NCBI GenBank assembly: GCA_021785655.1
Contig: JAJYET010000004.1
Coordinates: forward strand, 8,907 to 72,906
Direction: 5' to 3'
Length of the DNA stretch: 64,000 bases
Source: a bacterium
GTDB taxonomy: Bacteria; Chloroflexota; Dormibacteria; Aeolococcales; Bog-877
Shown piece by piece: positions 39,938 through 48,901 of the stretch. A model generated the notes under the pieces. The model was given only the letters and a program-made list of their open reading frames with translations, had not been told where the DNA came from and made no database searches. A program made the position numbers and the translations under genes. Every line of letters begins with the position of its first letter. The stretch's first letter is position 1.

Positions 39938-41382
39938 CGCTGGAAGACGGCCATCTGGGTAGGGGGCCCGAGTCGATCGTCAGCGTCACCGATGGGACGG
40001 AACGACACCGAGTATCCAAAGCGGGACGCAGCCGATTCGGCCCAGGCGTGGAACTCGGAGCGGGTCCACTCGAATCGGTGGTCCGGATGACGAGTTCGCC
40101 GGGGTCCGAGGGTCGGGAACAGCTGGTTGTATTCCGCGTTCGGGGTGGTCACGACCACGGTGGATGGTCGAGCGTGGCCCAGCACCGAGGCGCTGAAGGC
40201 TTCCAGGCGATCTAGATCCAGGTGCTCGATGACCTCGACCGCCACGGCGGCATCCCAGCCCGTGAGCCGTTCGTCGCGGTAGGTGAGCGAGCCGTGCACG
40301 AGCGAGAGGCGCTCGCGCTGGCGTGGGGCCAGGGAGTTGAGGTGGAGCTTCCGTGCCGCCCTTTCCAGGGCTCGCACCGAGACGTCCACACCGAGGATGC
40401 GGGTGAACCTCGGGTCGGCAAGGAGCAGTTCGATGAGGTGCCCCTCGCCGCAGCCGAGATCAGCGACCGTGGACGCACCCGCTTGGCGGATCGTCTCGAC
40501 CACGGCCTGGAGCCGTTGCTGGTTGAGGTTCAATGGGCGCTCCAGTCCCGCCTCGAGAGCGTCGCCCCGATTGACCCGCGCCTCCGGGTCGATGTCGTCC
40601 TCCTCGGTGAGACGACGCAGCGCCTCCCGGGTGAGGCCGCGCTGGTCGCGCAGGTACCGCCTCACAATCAGCTCGCGTTCCGGGTGCGTCCCCAGCCACT
40701 CCCCCGCTCGTTGCAGGAGCTTGTCCACCTCGGCGTCTCCCACCCAGTAGTGCTTCTCGCCGTCGAGGGCTGGGATGAGGACGGTGAGATGAGTGAGTAG
40801 ATCCGCGAGCCGGAGCGTGCCACGGAGCGTCGTTCGGTGGTACCGGGATAGGCCCCAGGCTGGGAAGCTGCTGTCGAGGAGCTCAGAAGCAACGTCGACC
40901 GTATACCCGAGCGGCTCGAAGAGCCGGTGCACTAGGTCCTTGCCTCCCTCCGACGGCAGTGCGGCGATGGTCGCCTCTAGGGGGATGGCCTGAGCCGCGA
41001 GCTCCGGCCGGTCGGTCGAGCGCCCGCTCCGGGCCGACGCGAACGCCTTGCCGAGTGCCACCGAGAGGAGGGACGTCGCGGCGTACGGGCGGTCGTTGAC
41101 GTAGTGGTCCACCCCGCCGGCTGCCGGGGTCCGCGACCCACGGCCTCGCCGCCGCACCAGGTCGATCGGGTCGATCTCGAGGAGGAGGGCGACGGTGCAG
41201 CGCTCGGCGGTCGCCTCCGGGTAGAAGACGTGGGCCACTCCGCCGAACACGTCGAACGTGTTGACGCGAGCTGGGTTCTTGTGGAGCAGGAATCCGAGAT
41301 CGGTGGCCGGCAGGTGGGTCGTGGTAACGGTCAAGAACATGAGGCCCGAAGTCTCGCATACCGAGCGGGGCCGTCTGGCCAC
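39934..41382 (-). CDS. hen1: 3'-terminal RNA ribose 2'-O-methyltransferase Hen1
   Basis: 482 aa; SAM-binding motif VADLGCGEG, ..VEVIEHLD..; N-terminal Hen1-specific domain; operon partner of pnkp. Confidence 0.85.
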   Translation of the reverse strand: MARRPRSVCETSGLMFLTVTTTHLPATDLGFLLHKNPARVNTFDVFGGVAHVFYPEATAERCTVALLLEIDPIDLVRRRGRGSRTPAAGGVDHYVNDRPYAATSLLSVALGKAFASARSGRSTDRPELAAQAIPLEATIAALPSEGGKDLVHRLFEPLGYTVDVASELLDSSFPAWGLSRYHRTTLRGTLRLADLLTHLTVLIPALDGEKHYWVGDAEVDKLLQRAGEWLGTHPERELIVRRYLRDQRGLTREALRRLTEEDDIDPEARVNRGDALEAGLERPLNLNQQRLQAVVETIRQAGASTVADLGCGEGHLIELLLADPRFTRILGVDVSVRALERAARKLHLNSLAPRQRERLSLVHGSLTYRDERLTGWDAAVAVEVIEHLDLDRLEAFSASVLGHARPSTVVVTTPNAEYNQLFPTLGPRRTRHPDHRFEWTRSEFHAWAESAASRFGYSVSFRPIGDADDRLGPPTQMAVFQR

Positions 41383-41665
41383 AAAGGGCTGGGAACGGCC
41401 TGAGCACCGTTGCCCCAGGGACGACTACCGGAAGACCGCGGCGGTGACACCTTGCCTGACACCTTCCCGTCCCGCACGAGACGAGTTTTCGCCTGTCAAC
41501 GGCCATCCGAGGTCGGCCGGAACTCAGCACCGTCGGGGTCGCGGAATCCAACCTCGGACGACTCGGACGCCCCTGGCACCCACGGACACCGACCGAGGCA
41601 ATTTGCGGACCCGCCTCTTCGCTTCCGTTGATCCGGGGTGGGGTAAGCCTCAGCCCGATCTGATG

Positions 41666-42754
41666 CTAGTGTCCTGCTTCCGAAGTAGCTACGCAAGAGC
41701 GAGCGATGCTGGCGAGGATCTGGTCGGCGGTCTTGACCCAGGTGAAGGGCTTGGGGTGCTCGTTGTTGGCCTTGAGGTAGACGCGGATTGCGTCCTCCAG
41801 AGCGCGCACGCTCTGGTGTGAACCCCGTCGGACCTGGCGCTCCGTGAGCAGTCCGAACCAGCGCTCCACCTGGTTGATCCAGGACGAATAGGTCGGGGTG
41901 AAGTGCAGCTGAAACCGGGGATGGAGCAACAGCCAACGATGGACCGAACGAGTCTTGTGGGTGCCGTAGTTGTCGAGTACCAGATGAACGCCGAGGTCGG
42001 CGGGGACCTCGGCGTCGATGCGCTGCAGAAAGCTGAGGAACTCGGTACTGCGATGGCGCCGGTGAAGGTCGCCGATCACCCTGCCGGTGCCGATGTCCAG
42101 GGCGGCGAACAAGGTGGTGGTCCCGTGGCGGTGGTAGTCATGGGTCTGGCGCTCGGGGAGCCCGGGCCGCATGGGCAGCAGCGGCTGGGTACGGTCCAGC
42201 GCCTGAATCTGGCTCTTCTCGTCGACGCAGAGGACCAGCGCCGCCTCCGGGGGGTGCAGGTACAGGCCCACGATGTCCCGCACCTTCTCCACCAGCTGCG
42301 GATCGTTGGAGAGCTTGAAGCTCTCGCTGCGGTGCGGCTGCAGACCGAAGGCATGCCAGATGCGCAGCACGCTGGTGTCGCTCAGCCCACTGGCTTCGGC
42401 CATACTCCTGGTGGTCCAGTCGGTGGCGTTGGCCGGCTTGGTCTCCAGAGTTCGCACCACCACCTGCTCCACCTGCTCGTCGGTGATTCGCCGAGGGGCC
42501 CCACACCGGGGCTCGTCCAGAAGACCCGCCAGCCCCCGGCCGATGTACCGCTTTCGCCACTTCCCCACCGTGGCAGCGCTCACCCGCAGCTGGGCCGCCA
42601 CATCCCGGTTGCTGACCCCGTCGGCGCAGCGCAGTACGATGTCCGCCCGGCGCGCCAGCCCGTTTGAGGTGGTCCTGCGCCGCCGCCACCGCAGGAGATG
42701 CTCCCGGTCCTCCGGGCTGACCAGCAGGTCGGGTTTGGGACGGCCACGGAGCAT
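41666..42754 (-). CDS. IS630-family DDE transposase
   Basis: 362 aa; same architecture and conserved blocks as 36300..37412. Confidence 0.85.
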   Translation of the reverse strand: MLRGRPKPDLLVSPEDREHLLRWRRRRTTSNGLARRADIVLRCADGVSNRDVAAQLRVSAATVGKWRKRYIGRGLAGLLDEPRCGAPRRITDEQVEQVVVRTLETKPANATDWTTRSMAEASGLSDTSVLRIWHAFGLQPHRSESFKLSNDPQLVEKVRDIVGLYLHPPEAALVLCVDEKSQIQALDRTQPLLPMRPGLPERQTHDYHRHGTTTLFAALDIGTGRVIGDLHRRHRSTEFLSFLQRIDAEVPADLGVHLVLDNYGTHKTRSVHRWLLLHPRFQLHFTPTYSSWINQVERWFGLLTERQVRRGSHQSVRALEDAIRVYLKANNEHPKPFTWVKTADQILASIARSCVATSEAGH

Positions 42755-42826
42755 GATCTGGCCCTCATTGTGAGGCCTCCAACGACCGCTCCATTATAAC
42801 CAGTATCTTCAGAAGCAAGACGCTAG
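41666..42826 (-). mobile_element. IS630-family insertion sequence, copy 2 (diverged paralogue)
   Basis: terminal inverted repeats CTAGTGTCCTGCTTCCGAAGTAGCT / AGTATCTTCAGAAGCAAGACGCTAG. Confidence 0.75.
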
Positions 42827-43220
42827 CGGCCTAGTAGCGAATTGATTGCGCCTCTCCTGGAGCTGTCGTACCCCGTTTGCGGTACCAGCTGAGCTGGACC
42901 CGGGCCAGGGGGTCCGGTCACTCACGCCAAGTCTGGGTCGGAACCTGCCAGTCGGCCCGGGATGGGGTCCTGCCTGCCAGACGTGGCGCAAGCGCCTCCC
43001 GGATCTCCTCAAGTGTGAGTCCCACCTGCTGGGCGGCGGCCATCAAGGCGAGCCGTCGCAGAGTAGCTCGAGCGAACCGGCGCTGTGTTGGTGGCACCAC
43101 TGGGTGAGGCAGTAGGAAGGGGGAAACGGCAGAGCTACTCGAGGCTGGCGGGGACGGGAACGGCTGGCCGCAGTACTGAAGCTGCCGCTACCCCGGGGGG
43201 CCATGTGTACCGTATAGTTG

Positions 43221-43249
43221 TCTTCTTGTTGTACTTCTGCTATGGTGCG
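43221..43249 (+). promoter_or_regulatory. candidate promoter (TTGTCT-17-TATGGT) and TGTAC repeats upstream of XRE operon
   Basis: AT-richer 190-bp intergenic; TGTAC direct repeats at ~43203 and ~43229. Confidence 0.25.
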
Positions 43250-43292
43250 TAAGACCAGTGTGGAAAGGCCGCGATGAAGGGGTAGGACTGGC

Positions 43293-43571
43293 GTGAAGCA
43301 GACTTCGCTTCATAACCGGGTCGCGGTTCTGCGCACCGAGCACGGACTGAGCCGGCACGAACTGGCCGAGGCGGTGGGCGTCAACTACCAGACCATCGGC
43401 TACATCGAACGTGGCGAATACAGCCCCAGCCTGGACCTGGCCTTCCGCCTGGCTGAGGTATTCGAACTCCCGATCGAAGCGATTTTCTCGCGGCGACCCA
43501 TGAGGCCGATGAGCCAGCAGCTCTTCGCCCCGGATCGGGCGCCGGCCGTGGGGCCTGGGACCGAGAGGTGA
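43293..43571 (+). CDS. XRE-family HTH transcriptional regulator (YozG-like)
   Basis: LRTEHGLSRHELAEAVGVNYQTIGYIERGEYSPSLDLAFRLAEVFELPIEAIF; stop overlaps GTG of next gene (GTGA). Confidence 0.7.
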   Translation: MKQTSLHNRVAVLRTEHGLSRHELAEAVGVNYQTIGYIERGEYSPSLDLAFRLAEVFELPIEAIFSRRPMRPMSQQLFAPDRAPAVGPGTER

Positions 43572-44638
43572 CCAGCACCACGACCCGTCTAACTCGCTAC
43601 CGCCGCCCCGACTTCCTGGTCGGAGCTGTGCTTGCCCTTTACGCCGTGATTATCGCGACCTTGACCTTCGCACTTCCGGGACGGTGGCAGGCGTACAAGG
43701 TCTACCTGGTCTTCGTCGCGGTGACCATTCTGGCGGTCAGGCTGGTCCCCGTCGAGCCAGGGTCCCTACTTCGGCGCCGGGTGGCGCGGCGGACTCTGGT
43801 CGGAGTTATCGTCGGAGTCTGTCTGCTGATGGTGGTCGTCGGAAGTGGCCTGGGCTACTACCTGTGGCTCGGGATCCTCTGCCTGGTTTTCTGCGACGTG
43901 CTGTTGGGGCGGGCCACCCAGCGGATTGCCACTGCCCCTGACGACCATGTCGATGAGTGGCAGGAGTCGCTGCGCAACCGGGCCCATCGCACTGCGTACT
44001 GGGTCATCGCGGCGTCCTTTGTGGTGTTGTTCTTCAGCACCTATGTGGCCACCGAGCAGACGAGGGCATGGCTGTTCCAGGGCCGTGGAGGAGGGCTTTG
44101 GATCGTCTCCGCTGAACTGCTCTTCTGCCTACCCGCCATGGTGATCGCCTGGGGCCAGTCGGACCCTGTCTCCGAGTTTCTATCCCCACCGCGGCACCTG
44201 GCGTGGCTGCGACGGGCGACCGTTGCGATGGTGAGCGCATCACTGCTGGCGCCGGTGCTGGCCAGTCTCGCACTGCCCGTACTGCCAATCACAACCCAGT
44301 CCTCCGTCCGGCCGAGCCAAGGCCGGTGTCTGAACTTCAGAGCGACGGAGACCGTCGGGATCCTAGTCGAGGCTCAGTTGCCTCTCGCGGCTCTGGCCTG
44401 TTGGAACGGGCGGCGCGCGGTCGAAATGTATGGGATGAACCGGAGTGACTGCGTGCAGGCCGACACCCAGCTAGCCACAACAGAGACCATCGCATGCCGG
44501 CGCATGGTCTCCACGACTGGGACGCTGCGCTTCGTCTACACCGCCAGAGTTGGCTCTCCGTTCTTGCCCTTCATGGCAAGGGTTGTGACCCTCCGAGTGA
44601 CGCTCACGCGTACCGGCAGGGTGCTGCAGTTCCCGTGA
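43568..44638 (+). CDS. polytopic membrane protein (7 predicted TM) with Cys-containing C-terminal domain, paralogue A
   Basis: 356 aa; cytoplasmic-loop motif DEWQESLRNRAHRTAYWVI; C-terminal ~110 aa with CWNGRRAV..C..C; GTG start overlapping XRE stop. Confidence 0.5.
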   Translation: MTSTTTRLTRYRRPDFLVGAVLALYAVIIATLTFALPGRWQAYKVYLVFVAVTILAVRLVPVEPGSLLRRRVARRTLVGVIVGVCLLMVVVGSGLGYYLWLGILCLVFCDVLLGRATQRIATAPDDHVDEWQESLRNRAHRTAYWVIAASFVVLFFSTYVATEQTRAWLFQGRGGGLWIVSAELLFCLPAMVIAWGQSDPVSEFLSPPRHLAWLRRATVAMVSASLLAPVLASLALPVLPITTQSSVRPSQGRCLNFRATETVGILVEAQLPLAALACWNGRRAVEMYGMNRSDCVQADTQLATTETIACRRMVSTTGTLRFVYTARVGSPFLPFMARVVTLRVTLTRTGRVLQFP

Positions 44639-45627
44639 ACGTTGTCAGACCGGTGAGGACCTGGAAAGGTCGCCGCCGAGGGCACCTTCGGAGAGCTTGC
44701 GTGGTCATAGCGGGGGCGCTGTGGCTCCTCCTAGCCTCTCCCGTACCGGAGTCATTGAGCGGGTGGGGGATAGCTGTGGTGCTCACGATTGTCGCCATCG
44801 TCCTGGCCCTGGGGGCTGGCACCGGATGGATTGCCTTCCAGCGAGCAGATCGAGTCGATGAGTTCAGTCGGGAGCTGCGAGATCGTGCCTACCGGCTCGC
44901 GTTCAGGTTCTTCGTGTTGGGAGTGCTCCTCCTGGCTCTTGCGTGGTTCGTGAGCCAAGTGCTCCATGGGCAGATCACTTGGGCGGTCCCCGACCCGGTA
45001 GGCGCCAGACGCATGGCGGCGCTACTGGTTCTGTTGGCCACGCTGCCGACTGCGATGACGGTCTGGATGGCTCCCGCTGCAGGGGATGACCCCCGGGCTG
45101 CGGGCTCGCCAGCGCGGGCCGGCCGACTCACTTGGCGTTGGCTGCCCTTGATTTCCGTCCCAGCGCTGTTCACGGTGTGGTTGTCCGGCGTGGCCCTCAT
45201 GCCGGTAAGTGGGGCGACCCTGGTCACCCTGCCAGATCCCGGGTTCGCTATGACAAATGGACATTGCGGTGCATTCGCGGCCACGCAGCAGGTGGCGCGC
45301 GGCTTTGGCCCGACAGTCCGACTCCTCGCCCAGGTGTGCTGGAATGGTCGGGAAGCGTGGGTGATCAACGACCCCGGAGCGCCGACACCTCGCTACTTCG
45401 GACCTTTGTCGTCAGGCGTGGAGCCGACCCTCTGTTCTCCCGCCAACGACGGTACCGACTTCGGAGTGGTCAGGCGAGTGGGCTGCCGAGTGTGGATCAA
45501 TGGGGCGGGAACTGTCCACGTGCGCCTTAGGGCCCAGGCGGGGTCTGGTCTGCTGAGCATCGGGCGGAAATGGATCCAGATCACCTTGGTGGTGACCAGG
45601 AGCGGTCGAGTTCTGATATTTACGTGA
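44635..45627 (+). CDS. polytopic membrane protein, paralogue B
   Basis: shares DEFSRELRDRAYRLAF loop motif, CWNGREAW and terminal ..TRSGRVLIFT with paralogue A; probable GTG start 44635 overlapping stop of paralogue A (GTGA). Confidence 0.5.
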   Translation: MNVVRPVRTWKGRRRGHLRRACVVIAGALWLLLASPVPESLSGWGIAVVLTIVAIVLALGAGTGWIAFQRADRVDEFSRELRDRAYRLAFRFFVLGVLLLALAWFVSQVLHGQITWAVPDPVGARRMAALLVLLATLPTAMTVWMAPAAGDDPRAAGSPARAGRLTWRWLPLISVPALFTVWLSGVALMPVSGATLVTLPDPGFAMTNGHCGAFAATQQVARGFGPTVRLLAQVCWNGREAWVINDPGAPTPRYFGPLSSGVEPTLCSPANDGTDFGVVRRVGCRVWINGAGTVHVRLRAQAGSGLLSIGRKWIQITLVVTRSGRVLIFT

Positions 45628-45829
45628 GAGGACGGCCTGGGCACTGAAGCCCGGAAGTCGATGTCCCCCAACGTGGCTTGGTGCCGCAGCTTGGCCGCCT
45701 TGAGCCGGGTCGCCAGCCGCCGGCTCTCCCCCCAGCTCATCTCCCGGTCCTCAGGCAGCCCGATGCAGTCCTCGAAGGGCAGCTCCAGGCCCTGGGTCTG
45801 CTCCAGCTGCTCCCGCAGCGCCGGAACGG

Positions 45830-46100
45830 CTGCTGTTGGCGAATCGAGCTCGCGCGCCGTGCCTGGGGCCAGGCCGAGCTATCGCGTGCTGCTCGTCTCC
45901 GAGCCCCGGCTGTGCGAGTCGGCTCTCTCGGGCGGGCCGATCGCTCCCAGGACGCTCCGGAAGATAGCCATGGCGCTGGCGACGGCTCCAACGCTGGCCG
46001 CTCTCGATTCGATCCTTCCGCCAGTGCGTGGAGTGGCGAAGGACCGCGACGGCGCCAGGCCGGAGGTTCGTCCCACTTTGATTCCGTACCGGCGTCCAGC
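45830..46100 (+). pseudogene. frameshifted remnant of an XRE-like regulator gene (paralogue of 31595..31843)
   Basis: ..WRIELARRAWGQAELSRAARL.. in one frame and ..TLRKIAMALATAPTLAALDSILPP.. in another; compare LRFEIARRGWNNVDLARAAG / TLRKIAVALAAAPPVSGVDEILPA. Confidence 0.35.
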
Positions 46101-46344
46101 GCTCTCAGTCGCCGATACTCGAAGCTGCCCGCAGAACTGACGCTCGCTCCTGATCGTGTACAGCGTCATCAAGGCATAGCTCTCCAGCAACGGCTTCGGG
46201 GGGCGGGGGGCGCCCAACTGCGCCTACAGTTCTTGAAGGGACAGTTCCAGTTGCCAAGGTGCCGCCTCTGCCAGCGGCTTCATTCTGCGGATCGGGTAGT
46301 TCGCCGGAATCACCGCAGTCGGGCGTTCAAGCGGGTAGCGCTAT

Positions 46345-46356
46345 CCCCCCCCCCCC
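46345..46356 (+). repeat. homopolymeric C12 tract abutting transposon inverted repeat
   Basis: cccccccccccc directly followed by tggag and the left IR. Confidence 0.8.
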
Positions 46357-46409
46357 CTGGAGTCAAACTTGGGTAATAATAGACTTGACGCACGCCGGAT
46401 AGGGGTGCC

Positions 46410-47375
46410 ATGATCTCCACGGCATGGGAAGTTGGCGGCGTGATGGGACGGCTGAGCCGGGTGGTACACCCGTGGTCGAGCCGTGAGCGACTGTTCGCCA
46501 TGCTTGAACTGACCGCCTTTTCGGACGAGAGCTACACGGAGCACGAGGTTTATTGCGTCGCGGGCTACTGGGCAAGCGCGCGTGCATGGTCCCACTTTGA
46601 TGACCAGTGGAAACAAGAACTAGCGCGTTGCGGCCTCTCGGAGTTCCACGCGGAAGACTGTGAGCAAGGCCATGGAGAATATGCCAATAGGAAGGACCGC
46701 GCGAAGCTACGCGCAAGATTCACCAAGATTGTGAACGCCAATATGCTTCACGGGGTTTTCGCTTGCATTGACCTTCGTGGCTGGGACGACATTGCCGACG
46801 AAGTTGCCTACCTGCGTCCCGACGCGAGAGATCCGTTCTACATCCCCTTCCAGATGTTCCTGGAAGGCGCTACTAAAGAGGTTGACTGCTTTGCCCCCAA
46901 CGAACGCCTCGCGGTAGTCTTCGACGACCGCGAGGGTGCTGGCAAAGTGGTTGAGCTTTACAACTCGCTTAGGCGCGATGCGGACCCGGCCTTCAAAGTT
47001 TTGAACGCTCGTCTCGGGAGTGCGGTGTCTGGGGCGTCTAGTGAATATGCCGGTCTCCAGGCCGCCGATCTCCTGGCGTATGAGGCGCGACTCTATGTAA
47101 GCGGTCCAATCTGGGGAGTGCGCGGGTCCGAGCGGCGCCCAGCGTGGGAGCCGTTGTCTTCTAAGCTTCGCCACGGCAGCGTGATTACTCGCGAGCAGAT
47201 GCCGGCCCTAGCCCGGCAAATGCGCGTGAAGGGCGGCGAGGGTGCTATGCGTCGGGCGGCTGTTCTGGCGGCTCGGAAGGCCGACCGCGATGCCCATGGG
47301 GCCGTCTATCGCGCTCGTACTTCTCCCGCTGCTCCGCAATCTCCTGAGCCGGGACGGCCAGAAGAGACCGCATAA
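46410..47375 (+). CDS. DUF3800-family protein (cargo gene; C-terminal tail possibly read-through)
   Basis: FSDESYTEH (DES motif) and EYAGLQAADLLAYE (QxxD motif); low-GC codon usage (ttt, aaa, gaa). Confidence 0.55.
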   Translation: MISTAWEVGGVMGRLSRVVHPWSSRERLFAMLELTAFSDESYTEHEVYCVAGYWASARAWSHFDDQWKQELARCGLSEFHAEDCEQGHGEYANRKDRAKLRARFTKIVNANMLHGVFACIDLRGWDDIADEVAYLRPDARDPFYIPFQMFLEGATKEVDCFAPNERLAVVFDDREGAGKVVELYNSLRRDADPAFKVLNARLGSAVSGASSEYAGLQAADLLAYEARLYVSGPIWGVRGSERRPAWEPLSSKLRHGSVITREQMPALARQMRVKGGEGAMRRAAVLAARKADRDAHGAVYRARTSPAAPQSPEPGRPEETA

Positions 47376-47422
47376 AACGGTCGAGGGGTGTCTGCGCCCG
47401 CTTGCTCTCATCGGTCATTGCC

Positions 47423-47528
47423 AGCACCTACGATAGCGGGTCCATCCAAACGGTGACATCAGGAAGGGGATTGCCAGCACCTACGATAGCGGGTCCATCC
47501 AAACGGTGACATCAGGAAGGGGATTGCC
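47423..47528 (+). repeat. perfect tandem duplication, 2 x 53 bp
   Basis: agcacctacgatagcgggtccatccaaacggtgacatcaggaaggggattgcc twice; ends 3 nt before ATG 47532. Confidence 0.9.
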
Positions 47529-47771
47529 TAAATGCATTCGAACGAATCGGCAGGACTTGCACACGGCCATAGCGATCGACATGTCAGCGCGGACGGCATT
47601 CCCCTCCGCCCCCCGCTCAGCACGGACGAAGACCGGCTCGAGGACAAAGTGCCAATCGTCGACCCCGCATATCGGGCACTCTTGTCGTCCGAGGCGTTTG
47701 TCAAGGCCGTCGAAGAAATCTGCGACCGTCGGTGGTTCCGCCGGGGCCCCCTCGTCCCGTTCTGATGTCAT
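47481..47771 (-). CDS. hypothetical zinc-ribbon protein downstream of IS1595 transposase (alternative: plus-strand ORF 47532..47765)
   Basis: 96 aa; CPICG ... CKSC; 33-nt gap after transposase stop, same strand; C-terminal codons lie in the tandem repeat. Confidence 0.3.
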   Translation of the reverse strand: MTSERDEGAPAEPPTVADFFDGLDKRLGRQECPICGVDDWHFVLEPVFVRAERGAEGNAVRADMSIAMAVCKSCRFVRMHLGNPLPDVTVWMDPLS

Positions 47772-47804
47772 GCCTAAGCCCTCCTGCCGCGCCCCTGCCG
47801 CTTC

Positions 47805-48758
47805 TTAGCAGGGGATGACTGTTTGGCCGGTCAGGTCACGATAGGTCAGCCGCCTACCCGAGACCTGACCGAGCACCTTCTCGAACCGCTCGCCGTCGCC
47901 TTCCTCGCGGGTGTTGAACCGTAGCGCCTGCTCATCGAGGTACCGGAACAGGTGAAAGGGCTCCACGCTGACGTAGGTACCGCGAAGCGACCGCTTCAAC
48001 AGGCTCCAGAAGTTCTCGATCCCGTTGGTGTGAACATTCCCCTCGACGTAGGTCACCGCATGGTTGATGACTTGGTGAACATAGTCGGAGTCAAGATCGG
48101 CGTATGAGGCAAGTGCATCGGTGAACACCTGAACCCCCGCCGATACGTTAGCCCGGACCTCGGGGGCCAAGGTCTTCCGGCGAACGTTCTCAACCACCTT
48201 GGCGCGGACTACACTGTGACGTTCGGGGCTGGTGCGCTCCAGCAGGCCCATCACGGCGGCCTTGCCGACACTACCCCGCCCCAGGTGCTTGCGCTTCGCC
48301 TCGTGCTGGAACCTGGCCTTGCCTCCGATGAAAGTCTCGTCAACCTCAACCTGGCCGCTCATCTTCTCGAAACTGTTGGTCCTCATGGCCAGCCGAATCC
48401 GGTGGAGCATGAACCAAGCGGACTTCTGGGAGACGCCGAGCGAGCGGTGGAGTTCGTAGGAGCTGATCCCGTTCCTGGCGCTAGTGATTAGCCAGATGGC
48501 GGGGAGCCACTTGTCGAACCCAAGTGGCGAGTCCTCAAAGATGGTCCCAATCTTGATCGAGAACTGCTGCCGGGGGTGCTTGGCCTTGCAACGCCAGACG
48601 CGGCGGGTAGCGATGAAGTGAACCTCGTGGCTCCCGCAAGTCGGGCAGGTGACCTTGCCATCCGGCCACCGCTGCGCGATGAGGTACTCAAGGCAGCGAT
48701 CCGGGTCAGAGAAGTAGCGGACCGCCTCGAGCAGGGTCTTGATTTCGGGCTTTGCCAT
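47805..48758 (-). CDS. IS1595-family transposase (zinc-ribbon + DDE_Tnp_IS1595)
   Basis: N-terminal CPTCGS..WRCKAK zinc ribbon; DDE core; 317 aa. Confidence 0.85.
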   Translation of the reverse strand: MAKPEIKTLLEAVRYFSDPDRCLEYLIAQRWPDGKVTCPTCGSHEVHFIATRRVWRCKAKHPRQQFSIKIGTIFEDSPLGFDKWLPAIWLITSARNGISSYELHRSLGVSQKSAWFMLHRIRLAMRTNSFEKMSGQVEVDETFIGGKARFQHEAKRKHLGRGSVGKAAVMGLLERTSPERHSVVRAKVVENVRRKTLAPEVRANVSAGVQVFTDALASYADLDSDYVHQVINHAVTYVEGNVHTNGIENFWSLLKRSLRGTYVSVEPFHLFRYLDEQALRFNTREEGDGERFEKVLGQVSGRRLTYRDLTGQTVIPC

Positions 48759-48901
48759 GCCTCAGAGTATAGCACATCTTGTGAGTGAAGTCTATTATTG
48801 CCCAAACTTGGGCTGGGCGGGCCCAAAGTAATCGGAGGGTATTGCCTTGGCGGCAGGTTTCGACCTCCACCAACCGGGACTGTGAGGTTATCGCCCGACA
48901 A

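Larger units (their letters stand above)
46362..48812 (+). mobile_element. IS1595-family transposon with passenger genes (transposase + zinc-ribbon ORF + DUF3800)
   Basis: ~25-bp inverted repeats CAAACTTGGGTAATAATAGACTT (46363..) and AAGTCTATTATTGCCCAAACTTGGG (48788..); interior GC visibly lower than host. Confidence 0.55.

Noticed and set aside
42918-43100. 60-aa minus-strand ORF with ..VGLTLEEIREAL.. resembling the post-HTH segment of MerR regulators
   Set aside because: No HTH found upstream in frame; too short and isolated to call. Possibly a relic.
47532-47765. 77-aa plus-strand ORF with strong SD
   Set aside because: Fully overlaps the minus-strand zinc-ribbon ORF. I cannot decide between them from sequence alone, so it is kept as an alternative in the finding rather than a feature.
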